DNA of 64,000 bases. It comes from a virus. The stretch is from the IMG/VR virus record IMGVR_UViG_3300027734_000038; one strand, 5' to 3'. The notes beneath the pieces were generated by a model that was given only the letters and a program-made list of their open reading frames with translations, was not told the origin of the DNA and did not search any database. Positions within the stretch are counted from its first letter, which is position 1. Each line of letters begins with the position of its first letter. The translations under genes were made by a program, and so were the position numbers. Shown piece by piece: positions 10,816-20,564 of this stretch.

Positions 10816-11180
10816 TAAAGATAGTTCGATTAAAGAATGGTGAAGATATTATTGGAGATTTAATGAAACTACCAATTGATGATATCCAAATTACAGAACC
10901 AATGTCTGTGGCTATTACAAGTCGAGGACATGAGAATGGTTTAGTCATGTCACATTGGTTGCCAGTTCAATTGATTAAAAAAAATGAAATCACAATTAAA
11001 TCTTGTGATGTGCTTACAATATTTGAACCTAATGATGAGTTTGCAGAGTATTATGTAAATACTGTGGAAAAGATTAAATCTCTTATGAAGGCAAAAGAAT
11101 TAACAGATGAAATGACCGATGAAGAAATTGATGATATTATGGATGCATTGGATGATTCAGAAGGACAGGTAATACATTGA
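10812..11180 (+). CDS. Hypothetical protein (possible Sm-like fold)
   Basis: IKIVRLKNGEDII N-terminus typical of the small gene before gp55. Confidence 0.7.
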   Translation: MIKIVRLKNGEDIIGDLMKLPIDDIQITEPMSVAITSRGHENGLVMSHWLPVQLIKKNEITIKSCDVLTIFEPNDEFAEYYVNTVEKIKSLMKAKELTDEMTDEEIDDIMDALDDSEGQVIH

Positions 11181-11211
11181 TTAATATTAACATCAAAGGG
11201 GGACACCGAGA

Positions 11212-11240
11212 ACTATACACGTTGTCAAGCCCTTTGTCAA
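11212..11240 (-). promoter_or_regulatory. Antisense sigma70-type promoter upstream of gp55
   Basis: Minus strand TTGACA-17nt-TATAGT. Confidence 0.5.
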
Positions 11241-11261
11241 CAACTTTTAATGGTATATTTT

Positions 11262-11804
11262 ATGGCTAAGCAAAAACACTACATCAATAATGAAGCTTTC
11301 TTAAACTCTTTAATAGATTATAAAGAGGCTTGTAAACTGGCAAAGAAAGAAAAGAAACCTCCTCCAGCCATTCCAAACTATATTGGCGAGTGCTTTATGA
11401 AAATTGCCGAAGGTCTATCTCACAAACCAAATTTCATTAACTATACCTATCGTGATGAAATGATGTCTGATGGTATTGAGAACTGTTTACAATACTTTGA
11501 TAACTTTGATCCGGCCAAGTCTAAGAATCCATTTGCCTATTTTACACAAATCATCTACTTTGCCTTTCTACGAAGAATCTCCAAAGAGAAGAAACAAACC
11601 TATGTTAAGTATAAAGCCACAGAACAAATGGGTATATTGGATGAATTTGAGTTAATGGAGTTTGAAGATGGCACATCCAAACAGTTTGAATTGTATGATA
11701 ACATTGCCGAATTTATTGAAACTTATGAAGATGCAAAAAAGGTAAAGAAGGATATTGCAACGGCAAAGAAAACAAAAGGGCTTGAAAAGTTTTTAGGAGA
11801 ATGA
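11262..11804 (+). CDS. gp55: Late-transcription sigma factor
   Basis: HYINNEAF, NFINYTYRDEMMSDGIENC, NPFAYFTQIIYFAFLRRI. Confidence 0.95.
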   Translation: MAKQKHYINNEAFLNSLIDYKEACKLAKKEKKPPPAIPNYIGECFMKIAEGLSHKPNFINYTYRDEMMSDGIENCLQYFDNFDPAKSKNPFAYFTQIIYFAFLRRISKEKKQTYVKYKATEQMGILDEFELMEFEDGTSKQFELYDNIAEFIETYEDAKKVKKDIATAKKTKGLEKFLGE

Positions 11805-11808
11805 TATA

Positions 11809-11970
11809 ATGTATAAAGTTTCGTATTATTTGGCAAGTTTAGCGGTAAGATTTAAATCATTTGATACCTTACATGAAGCAACTGTATTTGCCAATCAACA
11901 ACCACTCGAATCGGTAATTGAAATTAAATATTATGACCCAATTGACCACAGAAAACCAGGCCGTAACTAA
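11809..11970 (+). CDS. Small hypothetical protein (53 aa)
   Basis: Manually translated MYKVSYYLASLAVRFKSFDTLHEA...; AGGAG upstream; fills gp55-gp47 gap. Confidence 0.55.
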   Translation: MYKVSYYLASLAVRFKSFDTLHEATVFANQQPLESVIEIKYYDPIDHRKPGRN

Positions 11971-13042
11971 AGTAGCAATTATTACTGACCAGCACTTTGG
12001 AGCTAGAAACGATTCACCCCATTTTTTGGACTACTATGAGAAGTTCTATAAGCACACATTCTTTCCTACTCTTGACAGTAATGGTATTGATACTGTTCTC
12101 ATACTTGGGGACACTTTTGACCGCCGTAAGTATGTAAACTTTTACTCCTTGAAAAGAACCAAGGAAATGTTCTTTGATGAGTTGGCCAAACGGAACATTC
12201 AGGTTCATATGTTGGCAGGTAATCATGATACCTATTTCAAAAATACCAATGAAGTTAATTCGGTAGACCTATTACTCAAAGAGTATACAAATATAAATGT
12301 AATTGATAAACCAACCACAATATGGTTGTGTGATGAGAAGTATCCTATTTGCATGATGCCTTGGATTTGTCCAGACAATCATGATGATTCAATGTTTGTA
12401 TTATCTGATACTGATGCGAATATTTGTATGGGTCATTTTGAAATTGCCGGCTTTGCCATGCACCGTGGTATGCCATCACAAGAAGGATTAAACCGTGGAA
12501 TATTTAAAAAGTTTGATATTGTTTTTTCAGGTCACTATCACCATCGTTCAAATCAAGATAATATCCGTTATCTTGGCAATCCTTACGAACTCACCTGGCA
12601 GGATTATAATGATCCGAGGGGTTTTCATTTGTTTGATATTGATACTCTTGATTTGGAATTTATTGTCAACCCCAACATAATGTTTCATCGTATTACATAT
12701 GATGACAAAGAAACTGCCATTTCAGAGATGTTATCCAAAGATTTAGACAAGTATACCGGAACATATGTAAAGGTTGTGGTAGTCAACAAAACTAATCCAC
12801 ATCTATTTGACCGGTTCATGGACAAATTATACAAGGCTAATCCGGTCGATATTACCATTGCGGAAGACTTTGCTGACTTGACAGAAGGCGTAGATGATGA
12901 TATGATTAATGAAGCTGAAGATACTATCACAATTATTAACAAGTTTGTGGATGGTATTAAAGAAGAACATATTGATAATGACAAACTCAAAACGGTATTA
13001 AAAGAACTGTATGTTGAGGCATTGAACCTAGAACAGGCATGA
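11933..13042 (+). CDS. gp47: Recombination endonuclease subunit (Mre11/SbcD-like)
   Basis: DQHFG, GDTFD, GNHD, SGHYH metallophosphoesterase motifs. Confidence 0.93.
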   Translation: MTQLTTENQAVTKVAIITDQHFGARNDSPHFLDYYEKFYKHTFFPTLDSNGIDTVLILGDTFDRRKYVNFYSLKRTKEMFFDELAKRNIQVHMLAGNHDTYFKNTNEVNSVDLLLKEYTNINVIDKPTTIWLCDEKYPICMMPWICPDNHDDSMFVLSDTDANICMGHFEIAGFAMHRGMPSQEGLNRGIFKKFDIVFSGHYHHRSNQDNIRYLGNPYELTWQDYNDPRGFHLFDIDTLDLEFIVNPNIMFHRITYDDKETAISEMLSKDLDKYTGTYVKVVVVNKTNPHLFDRFMDKLYKANPVDITIAEDFADLTEGVDDDMINEAEDTITIINKFVDGIKEEHIDNDKLKTVLKELYVEALNLEQA

Positions 13043-14754
13043 TTATATTTCAGAAAGTCCGTTGGAAGAACTTCTTATCCACCGGCAACGCATTTACCGA
13101 AATCAACTTTCAAAAATCACCAAACACTCTTATCATTGGTCATAATGGTGCGGGTAAGTCTACTATATTGGATGCCTTGTGTTTTGGTCTTTTTGGTAAA
13201 CCATTTCGTAAAATCAACAAACCACAACTTATAAACTCCATCAATCTTCAAGCGGCTGTTGTAGAGATTGAATTTGCCATTGGTAAAAAACAATACAAGG
13301 TAATTCGTGGTATTAAACCAAACACATTTGAAATTTATTGTAATGATGTTCTCGTTAATCAAGATGCAAAAGCGGTAGATTACCAAGAACATTTAGAGAA
13401 GTTCATTCTCAAACTAAATTATAAATCCTTTACTCAAGTGGTTATTCTTGGCTCGGCCTCGTTTGTTCCATTTATGCAATTATCACCGGCAGACCGCAGA
13501 GCAATCATTGAGGACTTATTAGACATTCAAATCTTCTCTTCCATGAATGGTGTTGTCAAAGAGAAGATGTCTATTATAAAAGACATTTCTTCCAAAAACA
13601 AATATGAAATGGATTTAACCTCTGAGAAGATTAACTTCCAGAAGCAGAGTATTGAAGAACATAAGAGCCGTTCTGATGAGGAGATTACCAAGAAACGCAA
13701 AGAGATTGCCGATTCTGTTGACCAAATCTTTACCTTAGAAAGAGATATTGATTTAATACAAAAACATATTAATGTATTGCAGAGTAAAATTGCCGACCAA
13801 ATGTCGGTTCAAAAGAAAAGTTCCAAACTATTACAGTTGGAGTCTAAACTAGAATCTAGAATCAAAAAGATTGATAAAGAGGTATCGTTCTATGAAGAAC
13901 ATTCTGATTGTCCAACCTGTAAACAAGGAATCGAAGAAGAATTCCGAACTGAACAAGTTTCTACTCTCACAAATACAAAGTCAGAGGTCACTACAGCCTT
14001 ATTAGATATCAATACTCAAATTGCTACAACAAGCAAACGAATCGAACAAATTCAAAGTGGTCTTAAACACATCACGGAACACAACAACGAAGTGGTCAAA
14101 CACAATTCAACAATATCGGCAATTAATAAGTTTGTTACAAAACTTCAAAGAGAAGTAGAAGAACTTACCAGTCACAAAGATAGTCTTGAAGATGAAAATG
14201 CCAAGTTGAAAGAACTCAGAGAAGAACTTGGTGTATTGATTAAGAAACAAGAAGAACTGTCCACAGAAAAACAATACTATGAGTTTGCCGGAGCTTTATT
14301 AAAAGATACTGGTATTAAAACAAAGATTATTCGTCAATACTTACCTATTATGAATAAGTTGATTAACAAGTATTTAAGTGCAATGGACTTCTTTGTTAAC
14401 TTCAACATCAATGAAAACTTTGAAGAAACCATTAAGAGCAGACACCGTGATGAATTTGGTTATGCCAATTTCTCCGAAGGTGAGAAGATGCGTATTGACC
14501 TGGCCTTGTTGTTTACATGGCGTCAGATTGCTAAACTAAAAAACTCCACTAATACCAATCTATTAATTTTAGATGAAGTGTTTGATTCTAGTTTAGATAC
14601 AGTAGGCACAGAAGAATTCTTGAAGTTGATTCATGAAATGGGAACAGATACTAATGTGTTTGTTATCTCACACAAAGGCGACCAACTATTTGATAAGTTC
14701 CGTTCGGTCATTAAATTTAAGAAAGTAAATAATTTTAGTCAGGTTGAAAAATGA
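13039..14754 (+). CDS. gp46: Recombination ATPase subunit (Rad50/SbcC-like)
   Basis: GHNGAGKST, CPTC hook, FSEGEK, ILDEVFD. Confidence 0.96.
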   Translation: MIIFQKVRWKNFLSTGNAFTEINFQKSPNTLIIGHNGAGKSTILDALCFGLFGKPFRKINKPQLINSINLQAAVVEIEFAIGKKQYKVIRGIKPNTFEIYCNDVLVNQDAKAVDYQEHLEKFILKLNYKSFTQVVILGSASFVPFMQLSPADRRAIIEDLLDIQIFSSMNGVVKEKMSIIKDISSKNKYEMDLTSEKINFQKQSIEEHKSRSDEEITKKRKEIADSVDQIFTLERDIDLIQKHINVLQSKIADQMSVQKKSSKLLQLESKLESRIKKIDKEVSFYEEHSDCPTCKQGIEEEFRTEQVSTLTNTKSEVTTALLDINTQIATTSKRIEQIQSGLKHITEHNNEVVKHNSTISAINKFVTKLQREVEELTSHKDSLEDENAKLKELREELGVLIKKQEELSTEKQYYEFAGALLKDTGIKTKIIRQYLPIMNKLINKYLSAMDFFVNFNINENFEETIKSRHRDEFGYANFSEGEKMRIDLALLFTWRQIAKLKNSTNTNLLILDEVFDSSLDTVGTEEFLKLIHEMGTDTNVFVISHKGDQLFDKFRSVIKFKKVNNFSQVEK

Positions 14755-15350
14755 GTGATACAATTATATTTGATACAGAAGCAGCGGTACAAAACAAACC
14801 TTTAATGCAACAGGTAAAAACATTTACCTTGGTGCCAGAGAATCATCCAGCACTACATGAGGTTTTACCAGAATTTGATTTTAGTAATCCGCCTGTAAAT
14901 ACAAATGAATTTGCTTCCACACTGGTAGAAACTTGTAAATTAAATAAAGGTATTGGTTTATCTGCCAACCAATGTGGATTTAAACATAGAGTATTTGTAA
15001 TGGGTGCTGGTGATGAGTATGTGGCATTCTTTAATCCGAAAGTTATTTCCTTATCGGATGAAATGGCATTGATGGATGAAGGATGCCTTTCTTATCCTTT
15101 ACTCTCATTGAAGATTAGTAGACCAAAAGAAATTATGGTTGAATACCAAGACTTCAATGGAGAGATTAGAAATACCAAACTAGTTGGTATATCTGCTCGT
15201 TGTTTTCTCCATGAGCTTGACCATATGAATGGAATAGTGTATACTAGTCGTGTTAAACCTTTGGCATTTCAGGTAGCCATGAAGAAAAGAGATAAACTCT
15301 TTAAAATGGTTAAGAAGATGCAGAAAAATTTGAGTAAGATTAAAAAATAA
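14751..15350 (+). CDS. def: Peptide deformylase
   Basis: GIGLSANQ, EGCLS, HELDH motifs. Confidence 0.93.
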   Translation: MSDTIIFDTEAAVQNKPLMQQVKTFTLVPENHPALHEVLPEFDFSNPPVNTNEFASTLVETCKLNKGIGLSANQCGFKHRVFVMGAGDEYVAFFNPKVISLSDEMALMDEGCLSYPLLSLKISRPKEIMVEYQDFNGEIRNTKLVGISARCFLHELDHMNGIVYTSRVKPLAFQVAMKKRDKLFKMVKKMQKNLSKIKK

Positions 15351-16615
15351 TGGCAACACCTATAGAATTCGTTGAGAAACAATGGCAAGCTTGGCAAGAA
15401 AAAAATTCTGCCGATAAGTTTGAACATATTGATGAAGATAATATGAAAGAAGTCCTGATTAAGGATTTAACATATGCTTCTCAAATGGATGTTCGTGAAT
15501 ATACTTTATATCAAAAATGGTGCGAAGTAAAAGAAAGATATCCCGTTCATGAAGTATCCACATTGTTTGGTACTGAAGTTCAAATGGTGGATCCTGAGCA
15601 AAAGAAACTAGTTGATAAAGTCAAAGCAAACTTTTGGGTACCACAATCACCTGATGATTATGAAAATTTAAAACCTAAAATGGTTCTCTCAAATGGTCCT
15701 GATGCCGAAACTTGGAATGCCGTTAGGACATTTTCTTCAACAATGAAGAACAATAGTAACATTGGTCGCAATCTATTTTACATTCTTACCGATGAAGTTA
15801 CCAAAAAATATCTTGGTGTTATCTGTATCTCCTCAGACTTTCTGGACTTGACTCCGAGAGATAATGCAATCGGATGGTCAAGAGATGTTAAGACACAGCA
15901 ACACATGATTAATCACACCGCAATTGGATCCACCATCGTTCCGTTGCAACCATTAGGTTTTAATTACATGGGAGGCAAACTGCTTGCCTTAATGTGTTTA
16001 TCTGATACAGTTCAAAAAGATTGGAAGCGTCAATATGGAGACACTCTTGTTGGCGTTACTACAACGTCACTCTATGGAAAAACAAAAGCCGGAGGCCTCT
16101 CGCAGTATGATGGCCTTGAACATTGGAATCCTATGGGTTTTTCTTCTGGTTCTGTGGCTTTCGAACCATCTAGGTCAACCAAGAAATTAGTCTTTGATTG
16201 GATTAAAGAAAATCATACTCGTAAATATTTTGAATGGTGGGAAGCCAAGAATACACAAGGACTTCCACTTAAGCGTGACCATAAGAATCGGTCTTTAAAT
16301 TTTGCATATTCTAAATTGCAAATACCAAAAGAATTGATTCGTACCGAACATCAGCGTGGTATCTATTTTAGTCCACTCTATAATAATACCTTTGAATTTC
16401 TCCGCAAGGAGATTACCGATTCTGAACTGGTAAAGTCTTTTGATACCAGTGAAGAAACCCTTGCTAATATTTGGAAACAAAAATATGCTAAGGGTCGTAT
16501 TAGGCAATTACAGAAAAAGAATACCGTTTCATACGATTCTTTATTCTATGATGACCTAATATACTTGTCTTGGGAAGATACCAAGGCAAAATATTTGCCA
16601 CAAGTTGGCAGATAA
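15350..16615 (+). CDS. DUF4338/DruA-like putative GNAT (Mom-like) protein, paralogue 1
   Basis: IGRNLFY..YLGVICI, QPLGFNYMGGKLLA, TTSLYG..SQYDG; shares motifs with 32925..34031. Confidence 0.6.
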   Translation: MATPIEFVEKQWQAWQEKNSADKFEHIDEDNMKEVLIKDLTYASQMDVREYTLYQKWCEVKERYPVHEVSTLFGTEVQMVDPEQKKLVDKVKANFWVPQSPDDYENLKPKMVLSNGPDAETWNAVRTFSSTMKNNSNIGRNLFYILTDEVTKKYLGVICISSDFLDLTPRDNAIGWSRDVKTQQHMINHTAIGSTIVPLQPLGFNYMGGKLLALMCLSDTVQKDWKRQYGDTLVGVTTTSLYGKTKAGGLSQYDGLEHWNPMGFSSGSVAFEPSRSTKKLVFDWIKENHTRKYFEWWEAKNTQGLPLKRDHKNRSLNFAYSKLQIPKELIRTEHQRGIYFSPLYNNTFEFLRKEITDSELVKSFDTSEETLANIWKQKYAKGRIRQLQKKNTVSYDSLFYDDLIYLSWEDTKAKYLPQVGR

Positions 16616-16616
16616 A

Positions 16617-16663
16617 GTATCATATATGTTACATAAACCGCTTTAATGGCACATATATGATAC
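16617..16663. repeat. 13-bp perfect inverted repeat
   Basis: GTATCATATATGT-21nt-ACATATATGATAC. Confidence 0.8.
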
Positions 16664-16780
16664 ATTAACAAGTATACCGCAAATATGCTTGACTTACACA
16701 CATACATAATGATATACTATGTGGACTCGTTGAAGATGTTGACGAGATTTTATTATTAACTTTACTATGGAGTATTAAAA

Positions 16781-17050
16781 ATGGCTAAATTATCAGCTAA
16801 ACAAAAAATGTTGAACGCCTTGACACAAACAGAAGGCTACAACACATTCACAACCAAACAAGCTCAACGCCGTTTTGGTATCACCAATGTTTCTGCTCGC
16901 ATCTCTGAGTTGCGCCAAGAAGGTTATGCTGTTTATGGTAACAAGAAAAACATCGGTGGCGAAGTGCAGACTGTGTATCGTTTAGGTACACCAAGCAAGT
17001 CTTTCAAGGCACAATGCCGTGCTAACGGTGTTCGTGTTCAATCAGTTTAA
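16781..17050 (+). CDS. Small winged helix-turn-helix protein
   Basis: FTTKQAQRRFGITNVSARISELRQEGY pattern; own promoter, RBS and terminator. Confidence 0.75.
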   Translation: MAKLSAKQKMLNALTQTEGYNTFTTKQAQRRFGITNVSARISELRQEGYAVYGNKKNIGGEVQTVYRLGTPSKSFKAQCRANGVRVQSV

Positions 17051-17064
17051 TCTGATTTGATGTG

Positions 17065-17099
17065 AGGGGTTTCCACGAAAGTGGTTACCCCTTTTTTTT
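17065..17099 (+). terminator. Rho-independent terminator
   Basis: AGGGGT..CCAC-GAAA-GTGG..ACCCCT plus poly-T. Confidence 0.8.
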
Positions 17100-17115
17100 A
17101 TTTCTCGGAGAACAA

Positions 17116-17934
17116 ATGGAAATTTCAATTAAGAAAGAAGAACTACAAACAAAAAGCCTATTTGTCGCCACACCAATGTATGGCGGTATGAATCATGGCC
17201 TATACATGAAAGCCTGTTTAGATTTACAAGGACTGTGTATACAATATGGCATTCAGATTAAATTTTCATTTCTTTTCAATGAATCATTAATTACTCGTGC
17301 AAGAAACTATTTGGTCGATGAATTCATTCACCGTTCAGAATGTTCACATATGCTATTTTTAGATTCGGATATTTCATTTAATCCACAAGATGTGATTGCT
17401 TTATTGGCACTAGACAAAGAAGTTTCAGGTGGTCCTTATCCAAAGAAAGCAATTAAGTGGAAATCAGTCAAGAAAGCACTAGAAAGAAAACCTGATATTG
17501 AAGCACAAACACTAGAAAAAGTTACTGGTGATTATGTGTTTAATCCTGTCAAAGGCACGGCACAATTCTCAGTTACAACTCCGTTAGAGGTTCTGGAGAT
17601 TGGTACTGGATTCATGATGATTAAGCGTGAAGTGTTTGCTAAGATGGAACAAGCATACCCGATGATTCGTTATAAGCCAGACCATGTTGGCCAAGCCAAT
17701 TTTGATGGCACAAGATATATTCATGCTTTCTTTGATACAGTCATTGATACAAAAGATAGTATTGTTGGTGGCGGCTCGGATCGTTACCTATCAGAAGATT
17801 ATATGTTCTGTCAGATGTGGCGTAAAATGGGTGGTTCAATTTGGTTATGTCCGTGGATGAGAACAGCACACATTGGTACCTATCATTTCCAAGGAGATAT
17901 GCCAGCTGTTGCCAATTATGTTGGAGAAATGTAA
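17116..17934 (+). CDS. Glycosyltransferase-like protein (GT-A fold)
   Basis: ATPMYGG, ESLITRARN, FLDSD (DxD), YLSEDYMFC; start at ATG after GGAG. Confidence 0.75.
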   Translation: MEISIKKEELQTKSLFVATPMYGGMNHGLYMKACLDLQGLCIQYGIQIKFSFLFNESLITRARNYLVDEFIHRSECSHMLFLDSDISFNPQDVIALLALDKEVSGGPYPKKAIKWKSVKKALERKPDIEAQTLEKVTGDYVFNPVKGTAQFSVTTPLEVLEIGTGFMMIKREVFAKMEQAYPMIRYKPDHVGQANFDGTRYIHAFFDTVIDTKDSIVGGGSDRYLSEDYMFCQMWRKMGGSIWLCPWMRTAHIGTYHFQGDMPAVANYVGEM

Positions 17935-18284
17935 TGAACAAGCTTGTTGATGAAGCACCTTATCATCCAGGTTATGAAGATGCTTCCTTTGAAACCAAGG
18001 GTCGTAAGTTTGATGGTGGTAAACTAGAATATGGTCTGGTTCCACCACTTGCATTAAAATCTCTTGCGGAAGTTTTAACTTTTGGTGCTCAAAAGTATGA
18101 AAGAGATAATTGGCAAAAAGTACCAGATTCAAAGCGTAGATATTTTGATGCCTTACAACGCCATGTATGGGCTTGGAAAGAAGGCGAGAAGTTTGATACC
18201 GAATCTGGATTACATCACTTGGCACACGCCATGTGTTGTTTGATGTTTTTATATGAACACGATGTTAAGTATTCCAAAGAATAA
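17934..18284 (+). CDS. dATP/dGTP diphosphohydrolase-domain (DUF5664-like) protein
   Basis: GRKFDGGK, FGAQKYERDNW, DTESGLHHLAHAMC. Confidence 0.8.
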   Translation: MNKLVDEAPYHPGYEDASFETKGRKFDGGKLEYGLVPPLALKSLAEVLTFGAQKYERDNWQKVPDSKRRYFDALQRHVWAWKEGEKFDTESGLHHLAHAMCCLMFLYEHDVKYSKE

Positions 18285-18285
18285 C

Positions 18286-18314
18286 TTGACAATGTATTTT
18301 GGATGTAGTATGAT
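18286..18314 (+). promoter_or_regulatory. Sigma70-type promoter
   Basis: TTGACA-17nt-TATGAT upstream of sliding clamp. Confidence 0.65.
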
Positions 18315-18343
18315 AAAAGGACTTTTACATAATGGAGAATCAA

Positions 18344-19018
18344 ATGAAGTTAACCAGTGAAACACTATCCGTATTAAAAAACTTTGCCAGTATCAACCAA
18401 GGCATTGAGTTTAAAAAAGGCAATACAATTCGCACCATGTCATCAGGCAAAACTGTTCTTGCCAAAGCCACTCTGAAAGATGAATTTCCACAAGACTTTT
18501 GTGTATATGATTTGAATCAATTTTTGTCGGTACATTCAATGTTCGATAATACTGAAATTGAATTTGATGATAAGAATGTCATCTTCAAAAGTGGTACTAA
18601 AAAATCCACTAAGTATCGTAAGACAGCAAAAGAAATGATTGTGACCGCACCAGACAAAGAATTATCTTTGCCATCGGTTGATGTTGCTTTCACTCTCACC
18701 AAAGAAGATTTCTCTGATTTGTTGAAGATTGCCTCTATTCTTCAATCACCTCATATTGCTGTTGAATCACAAGGTGATAAAATTTCTTTGACTACTTTCA
18801 ATGCCAAAGATGATTCATCACATACGAATTCTATTGAAGTTGGCGAAGGCAACGGCAAAAAATTTAAGATGGTGTTTTTGACAGACAACCTTAAAATGAT
18901 TCCCGGTGGTTATGATGTTGAAATTTCTGCTAAAGGATTGGCAACATTTAAAAACAAAGCTGTTGATATTCAATATTGGGTTGCAACCGAATCTAAAGAA
19001 TCTAAATTTGAAGGATAA
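18344..19018 (+). CDS. gp45: Sliding clamp
   Basis: MKLTSETLSVLKNFASINQ, YDLNQFL; synteny. Confidence 0.93.
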   Translation: MKLTSETLSVLKNFASINQGIEFKKGNTIRTMSSGKTVLAKATLKDEFPQDFCVYDLNQFLSVHSMFDNTEIEFDDKNVIFKSGTKKSTKYRKTAKEMIVTAPDKELSLPSVDVAFTLTKEDFSDLLKIASILQSPHIAVESQGDKISLTTFNAKDDSSHTNSIEVGEGNGKKFKMVFLTDNLKMIPGGYDVEISAKGLATFKNKAVDIQYWVATESKESKFEG

Positions 19019-19020
19019 TT

Positions 19021-19212
19021 ATGTTAGTATATTTTACTGATGCAACCAATCAACAAAAAGTTGCCATTAATCCAAAATATGTTGTAGTTGTATTTGTTTT
19101 ACCTGACGGTGAAATGAAAGGCAAAACAGTTGTTGGATTAACAAATGGTAACATTGTTGTGGAAGAATCACAAATTGATGTTGTTGGTGTTCTGCAAGGA
19201 CAAATTGAGTAG
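19021..19212 (+). CDS. Small hypothetical protein
   Basis: 63-aa ORF with RBS between gp45 and gp44. Confidence 0.65.
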   Translation: MLVYFTDATNQQKVAINPKYVVVVFVLPDGEMKGKTVVGLTNGNIVVEESQIDVVGVLQGQIE

Positions 19213-19248
19213 TATTTTTGTTATATATTATATTATGGAGTATGTGAA

Positions 19249-20181
19249 ATGGAACATTTATTATGGGTCGAAAAGTATCGACCAGCTAGAATAGAAGATT
19301 GTATTCTTCCAGATGCGCTCAAAGAAACTTTTCAGGAGTTCGTTAAGAGAAAAGAAATACCAAATCTTCTTTTATCTGGTACGGCTGGTGTTGGAAAAAC
19401 AACAGTTGCTAAAGCATTGTGTAATGAGGTTGGTTGCGATTACATTATCATCAATGGCTCTGATGAGTCTGGCATTGATGTCCTTCGCAATAAAATTAAA
19501 AACTATGCTTCATCAGTTTCTCTTATGGGTGGCAGAAAGGTTGTCATCATTGATGAGGCCGATTATCTTAATCCTAATTCAACTCAGCCTGCATTACGGG
19601 GAGCAATTGAAGAATTTGCATCAAATTGCTCATTCATCTTCACTTGCAATTTCAAAAATAGGATCATCGATCCAATCCATTCTCGTTGTTCTGTTATCGA
19701 TTTTAAAATCAATGGTTCTAAACCAAAACTGGCAGCACAACTTTTCAAAAGAGTGGAAAACATCCTTTCGCAAGAAGGCATTACATACGATAAAGAAGTT
19801 GTCGCAGCCGTCATCACAAAACACTTTCCAGATAATCGTAGGATTCTTAATGAACTTCAGAGATACTCAATTTCTGGTACAATTGATAAAGGCATTCTTG
19901 CTAGTGTTAGTGATATACAACTTGCTGATTTACTTCGAGCCCTCGCAGAAAAAGACTTTGCCTCTGCCAGAAAATGGGTCACAAACAATCTCGATAACGA
20001 CCCAGCCAGAATCTTTCGGAAACTATACGACAACTTATATGAATCGTTGAAATCACAATCTGTTCCACAATTGGTTTTGATTCTTGCTAAGTATCAATAT
20101 CAGGCAGCTTTTGTTGCCGATGCGGAGATTAATCTTATTGCTTGTTTGACAGAGATTATGGTGGATTGTGAGTTTAAATAA
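19249..20181 (+). CDS. gp44: Clamp loader AAA+ subunit
   Basis: LWVEKYRP, GTAGVGKTT, IIDEAD, SRC. Confidence 0.96.
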   Translation: MEHLLWVEKYRPARIEDCILPDALKETFQEFVKRKEIPNLLLSGTAGVGKTTVAKALCNEVGCDYIIINGSDESGIDVLRNKIKNYASSVSLMGGRKVVIIDEADYLNPNSTQPALRGAIEEFASNCSFIFTCNFKNRIIDPIHSRCSVIDFKINGSKPKLAAQLFKRVENILSQEGITYDKEVVAAVITKHFPDNRRILNELQRYSISGTIDKGILASVSDIQLADLLRALAEKDFASARKWVTNNLDNDPARIFRKLYDNLYESLKSQSVPQLVLILAKYQYQAAFVADAEINLIACLTEIMVDCEFK

Positions 20182-20564
20182 TGCCGGATCTATTCAAGGA
20201 GATTATACCCTCAATACTTCAAACTAAAAAATCTGTAATACATGACGATATCGACCTAAAAGACTATACTCCCTTTGTGGTCAATCGTGCTTTGTCATAT
20301 CATATGGATTGTGTCCTATATGCCAACGAGATGAACCTTCATCCAGAGTTGGAAAAAGACCTTCAATATCAATATCTTCTAAATACCATCAGGTCAATGA
20401 AACGGAAATTTCAACCGTGGCAGAAATCAGAGACCGATAAGAACATAGATTGCGTAAAGACCTACTTCGGTTACTCTAACCAGAAGGCTAAAGAAGCTTT
20501 ACGAATTCTTAATGATGACCAAATCGCTGAAATAAAAAGAAGAACAGATAAAGGCGGAGTATGA
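20181..20564 (+). CDS. gp62: Clamp loader small subunit
   Basis: YTPFVVNRALS, YFGYSNQKAKEALRIL. Confidence 0.9.
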   Translation: MPDLFKEIIPSILQTKKSVIHDDIDLKDYTPFVVNRALSYHMDCVLYANEMNLHPELEKDLQYQYLLNTIRSMKRKFQPWQKSETDKNIDCVKTYFGYSNQKAKEALRILNDDQIAEIKRRTDKGGV

